Source: Penicillus capitatus (taxonomy: Eukaryota; Plantae; Chlorophyta). From it: 64,000 bases of DNA. Below the pieces are notes generated by a model. It made no database searches. It had not been told where the DNA came from and was given only the letters and a program-made list of their open reading frames with translations. The stretch covers positions 434,001 to 498,000 of the forward strand of contig OZ287702.1 in the NCBI GenBank assembly GCA_965649825.1, in the 5' to 3' direction. The position numbers and the translations under genes were made by a program. This document shows positions 58,349 through 64,000 of the stretch, piece by piece; position 1 is the first letter of the stretch, and each line of letters begins with the position of its first letter.

Positions 58349-61300
58349 TCATGCTTCTCTCCTTCTGTCATACCCTATTCCCGCCGCCTGTCCATCAACT
58401 ACGAGATTTTGTGTAGAGATTCCACAGCGAAGTGTTTTGAAAGACTTTGCGTTTTCTTCTGAACAGGAGGATATACTCTCTTCTGAATGCAGATGTGGCT
58501 GCTCACTGGATGCACTACCCTCAGATTCTCCTCTGTTTATGATTGGATCTTGTTCTTGCACCAAAGACTGCAACGCAACACCATCTGTCGTCGAGCTGCA
58601 TCTTCTGTCAGGATCACCTGCAGATGGTGGTATTGCTGCATCAGCTGCGGCAGATCTGTCGAGATTGTGTTATTTTCAGAACAGAAAGAGAGTTCTGCAT
58701 CTTTTCGTCGAACCACGGCAGACTTCCCTTCTTGTCGTCTTGCGATACTAGCTGGCCCCGATCTCTCATCCATTATACCATACACGGTCTGTTAGACAAC
58801 TCACAATGCTAAATCCAGTACTTGTTGGTCACACCTTCACAAAATCTCGTATTCTTGTTAGCAATGTCAATGCCACCAAGGCAGTAGACATTCGTTCAAG
58901 TCGCGTCGTATCTTCGTCCTTATTTCGAGTTAGGCTTTCTACATGAAGCGCCGTTGTGGGGTCCGTCATGACCTGCTCTTCAGATGGTGCAGATCTCGCG
59001 TTCTCCTACGCTTACAGAACGCATAAACATATGGAGATGTCTTCAGTCGCCTTGTTTCTACCAAAAAGCACTCGCACTTGTCCAACAGAGTCTCTGTTTT
59101 GCGAGATAGGACTGCATCAGCTGCATGAAGTACGGTGTCGACTTCATCTCTCCTTTGAAAGCGCAGCCGTGCCAAGATCTTAGCACAGAAGAGCAAGAAC
59201 TCGCTGTCTGAGCCACCTCCTACCCCTTCTATCTCCAGAGTTGTCTGAAAGGGCTTTACCAGGCCACGGAGAAAGGAACGAGCAGCATCCGTCATTGGTT
59301 GGATAACGGTCTCATACAATCTTGTGATGCTTTGCACCGATGGCGAAGGGTCTGAGAGAAAGGCACTGCCTCTTAACCTCTTCTGAAAGAGACAGGTGAT
59401 CCGCAGTCCTTGAAGCACCTCCTTGAGAGACAGTTCTGGATGGCGCTCAAACTCAAGCTTCAGCATTAACAGAGCGCGGGAAGCAATGCCACTGTCGACA
59501 TCTGTATTTCAATCAGGATGATATCTGGTGGAGGTGGTGATGAAGGATGCACCTGTTGTCAAAGCCACAAGAAAGGAGACAGCCGTCCAGGGGGCAACCA
59601 GGCCTTCTGTCAAGACAACTTCCATCAGCGCCAATGCAAGACGACGAACAGAGGCGCCCTTGTCATCCTCCTGATTCACCTCAATAGCACATTGGCAGAT
59701 TGCTTTCCACAGTTTCTACAAAGAACTCTCAACACGACCCATCGAGTATCCCTGAGATGCTTTACTTGAAGTGTGCTGCTACCGATAGAGAAGCTTCCAT
59801 TTTCGTTTCCAGTCGTGACGGTGCTGTTCGGCTGGGAGGAGGCACGAAAGCCTGGTGGATGTTTTTGCCGATCAGTGATCTTGTCCTGTTCCATCTACAG
59901 ATATGACGTCGACCCCAAGATCGAATCCCTTTCCAATACGCCGCTACTTTCAGAATCTCCGTCAAGCTGCGCAGCGCCGTTTTCTTAAGAGCTGGGTGCA
60001 GATTCTGTTCGATGGCTCTGTACAAGATCGCATCGATCTGTGCAAACTTCATGAGAAACGCAGGACGCGATCCTAACAACATACAGATGGATTCCAGTGC
60101 CGATTCTCGAACGATCTCTACAGGCAACAGCCCATCGAACAGCAAGCACCACTGGATGGTCACAAGGACGAACCGCTGTGGACAGATTCAAAGATCTGCA
60201 GGAAGAGATGAATGTACGATTCCAATCCTGTCTCCGACGTTTTTCTCCCATCCATCTCCGATTCCAGAAGGTGCGAAGAGTGGCGACAGATATGTCCGAG
60301 GACAAAGAGCACTCGATAGACAGAGGTGTCCAGTGGCTGATCTTTCTCAATCGACTGCCATTTCCTTTGCAGATAATCTCGGTATGTCGCTGCCAATGCT
60401 CTGAGGAACTCTCCGACGTGTTGCTGTGCATTAGCCAGAAGGCAGAGACATCGACAGGCTGCAGAGATGACGCAGACATGCTTCTGTTTCGCGACCAGAT
60501 CGTAGAAAACTTTCCGCAGGTCCAGAACGAGCTCAGGCCAGAGATGTGTCTTCACTGGGGGCAGCAAGAGCGCAAAGATCTCGAGGAGATCACATAGATC
60601 AGGCACATTGCAGATAGATGTCTCTTCGGTTGCTGACAGGAGATACGGTTTCAGCACACAGATGAATCTGCATGGATCCTGTTGTGGAAGGAGACATGTG
60701 ATATCTGCTGTGCACAACATACACAACGGCGATAGAAATGTCGCCAAAGATCCTTCAGAGGCCGAAGAATCGATGAGATGATGGACAATGTCATCTGCCA
60801 TGCTTCGCCCAATCTCGACATGAGAAAACGACCATTTGATGTGACAGGATGACAGAAGTCGTATGCTACCTGCTCTGTGTGTGCATCGCTCTTCCGCTGT
60901 CGGATGGTTCTGATCACGTGGATGATCGATTCTTCGATTCCGGAATCTCTCGTCGATCCTTTGGCCGCGGCAACGACTTCGACAAACGACATCGTATTAT
61001 GTCCAGACAGTTGCGTGTCTGCATACACATAGCACGATCTGTCATCGTTAGATGTCCACTCTGATGTGACAGGGCTATGCCTCCATTGCAAAGAGATGGT
61101 CGAAACCAGAGATGCTCGAAGATGTCGGCCACTAGATGGCGAACATGTTCATCCCTTTCGTGGATTCTGGACAGGAGAACCAGACAGGCATCTATTCTCT
61201 TGGGACAATCCTTCTTCCTTTAGTTACAGACAGCTCAGATTAAAGTATACGAATACCAGGAGCCAATGCTTCTCTTACTGTAGACACGTCTCAAGGATCA

Positions 61301-64000
61301 ACCTGATGGCGCGTTTCCTGATGGAGACTCCGCTGTCTCTTGTGGCCTGTGCGAGTAGATCAAAGTACTGAACCGTCAAATCCATGCTGCTCCCAATGTA
61401 CTGTCCTATCAGTTCCAGTGCGCTTTCGCGTACGGAGACTAACGGATCTTTCATCGCCAGTTGAACGGACTGTTGGACACACGTCTTTTTTAAGATCTGC
61501 CGATCAGCTTCGATCACAAGACTAAGGCGACGCAGGACTCGAGCCCGCAACTGTGTGTGCTGATGCGCACTCTGCAGGACAGAAGGCATCGATCAAACAC
61601 AAAGGCAAAGATTCTGTATTTGGCACTACCATCTGAGGAGCACTGCCTGCAGCGAGAGCGAGATGTTGCAGCAACGGATCCTTGTACTGCCCAGCGCCTG
61701 ATCTCATGAGCAGCAAACGCAGCATGTGTGGCGTGGATATCAAGCTGTGCTGTTCTCTGTCATACAGACGGAAAGCGAATTGCTGATGGAGCTCTTGCTT
61801 CCAGTTGCTTTCCGTTGGATCCTCTCCTTGTGAATGGGCCGCAGTTTTCCGATAGCGATCTTCGGCTAGCAGACAGGAGATGAAGGAACGGGCTGTTCTT
61901 GCAAAGACATCTGTCGACGAAGACTGGCTCAGTTCCTCGATCACCATCAGGTACAGACACTCAATCTCTGAACAGTCCTTCATCTGATGTCCTGCAAGAC
62001 ACTCGCCGTCGGAACCAAGTGAACGTGGCCAGCGTCATACGGACGGTAAAGCGTGATGCATTCCCGAACGCGTCCCTCTTCCTGCATCAGCTGTCGATCT
62101 TCATTGCAAAGCTTGACGAGAATAGAAGCAATCAGATCGACACAGAGGAGCTGCACATGAGGACTGCGATGATTCAGTCCTAGAGAGGGGGCAAAGACCC
62201 ATTGCATGAAACCCATGATCAATAGATTGCCAGCAGGGCACTCTGGAAGAAGCAACACATTCAGCACATCTATCACAACAGCGAGGCGCGTATATGCTTG
62301 GTTCACTCTGGAAGACAGGATCACCTTTGGTGAGATTCTCAAGAGCCAGGCGGACATCCGATGTGTTGTCTGTCTTCTGACGTGCATCGGACGGAATCCT
62401 TTGGAAATGAAACCAGTACCGTTATGGATCGCAACGGTTTGGCATTGAATGGTGTTCACTTCGTCATCATGCGTTGCCAAAACTCGCGTGCCCACTTCAA
62501 AGCCGCATCAAGACAACTCTTGTATGCTTCATCTGGTGCTTCGGGGGATGGGAGATTCGCAGAGGACTATTCAACCCCAACAAACAGTTCCGCAAAATAG
62601 CTGATGATCAGGTATGACTTGAAGGATCAACAGCATCAATGCTGTCGTCCATTGCATCTTGACGGTCGTGTGGTTGCCAATCTCACAGGGAGATGGATTC
62701 TCTGTCTCGTCTGATGCAGCCGTCACCATCACTTCGACTGCTTCCTCGAAAATAATGGATCTTGATTCGTGTTGCCATTGAAAACAATGAACGATGGTGT
62801 CTAGAGCACAAGATCAGATGTGACGTGGGGGTAGCACACACGTACAGAGTGCATTTCTCTGAAGCACGGGAAAGAGATGAAGGCGGGGACGCAGACATTG
62901 AAGCAAGGTTCGGATGAGAGGTATGAGAATCGATGTCTCGATGGCGACATGCTGAATGAAGCATCCGAACAAACGCACCACCACTTCCACTCCATGAAGC
63001 CATGGACGGATTCCAGACTCCTCTCCTTGTCCTGATAGGCCATGACATGTCATAGAGACAGCAAAGAAGGGACGGTGTCTTCTGACCCAGCTGATCCTTA
63101 AGTGCGTTGGTCTGTAGTAGCGAATGCAATTGTGCCTTTATGATGTGGACCGTTGTCTCGATTACAGAGTCCAGCAACAGTCGCCGAGGAATGTCATCCA
63201 TTGACATCAATCTCAGAACGAACTCGACGGCTTCGATCTCACACGTCCACTCGGTCCATTCCGTTGTCGAACACTACATGCAGCACATGGATTGGTACGG
63301 TTGCAGATTTTGTGGAGGGCTTTACTGGAAAAGGTGCATGTGGGGCATCATGCTCTATTCCTTTCGCCATCACTCTCTCCAAACTCCGCAGTATCTCTGA
63401 CATGAGCGGATCTGCATCCGCCGAAATAAAAAGACGCTGGACAGTTAAGTGGCGAAAACGATCATTCAAAGTCTTCAGTTGATGTGACAGCTCTTGACGA
63501 TTCTCGGACATCTCTGGCATGATGCCATCCTCCTGTCTCTCCAGGCAACTCTTTAATACCTCCATCACTTGCTGAATGTCCCCCTCTATCCACAGCCAAG
63601 GTATTTATTACTCCCTCCTTTCATGTCAATGACAGAGATCATACCACTAGGAGATCTGGTGCTGAGAGTGGTCGGTTTTTTCTTCTCCTTGCATGTCCGC
63701 TGTCGTTTCTTTGGCCGAAGCGGTTCCTATACGGAACAGTCCGTCATGCCTGAGATCTCTCTTTTCTGCGAACCTCTCCAACGCACCTGACCATCGGCTG
63801 AGTTCTTCTTCCTTCTGACGTTTTCTTTCTTCTGCGTTGCTTGACAGATCGAACGCATTGACGGTTGATAACGAACTGCGTGACACACCACATCACTCTC
63901 TGCGTCACAGTATGTCTCTCCCTTGCCTTTCACTGTGGGTAATGCCTCGCCCTGTTCGGCAAACATCGCACTCAATCGACGCGTAACGTCTCCGAATTTT
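58349..64000 (-). CDS. SCC2: Cohesin loader SCC2/NIPBL, 5' end beyond the window
   Basis: HEAT block LRARVLRRLSLVIEAD...DPLVSVRESALELIG...YFDLL...DSGVSIRKRAIRLI; many short introns; the frame is open at the window edge. Confidence 0.9.

Noticed and set aside
9834-63488. Additional GATGTGAC/GTCACATC hits (9834, 10952, 21388, 28813, 44517, 55322, 56956, 60838, 61063, 62817, 63481)
   Set aside because: They fall in codons or introns (21388 is an intron donor), so they were excluded from the promoter-motif count.

Overview
Gene-dense nuclear DNA from a photosynthetic eukaryote. The gene content (plastid transit peptides, CAO, Rubisco-activase-like AAA+, MEF2-type MADS, DUF506) and the TGTAA motifs after several stop codons point to a chlorophyte green alga; Ulvophyceae/Bryopsidales is my inference only. 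The genetic code is standard, most introns are 44-60 nt, and intergenic gaps are often under 200 nt. About 30 genes can be reconstructed: calcyphosin-like EF-hand, ELF1, ClpP, MADS, prefoldin 2, ALG12, GLYK, a receptor-like pseudokinase, two paralogs sharing an unnamed N-terminal motif, a DSC3-like UBL protein, three tandem sulfotransferases, CEP162, anthranilate synthase alpha, MscS-like, DUF506, RPL2, a ~1900-aa secreted repeat protein, NTF2/SnoaL, CAO, RCA-like, acyl-CoA oxidase and a 5'-truncated SCC2/NIPBL. An AT-richer stretch carries two pseudogenes. The main oddities are: an ATGA stop/start overlap joining ALG12 and GLYK (candidate bicistronic or reinitiation unit); a MADS start codon split by a 246-nt intron; about a dozen GC-AG introns; a recurrent TGAYGTGAC motif in very short promoters; a 744-bp tandem-repeat Val/Thr/Gly/Glu protein; and an XPF pseudogene interrupted by a structured 207-bp element. 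All exon models were worked out by hand from splice signals and remembered family motifs; no searches were run.
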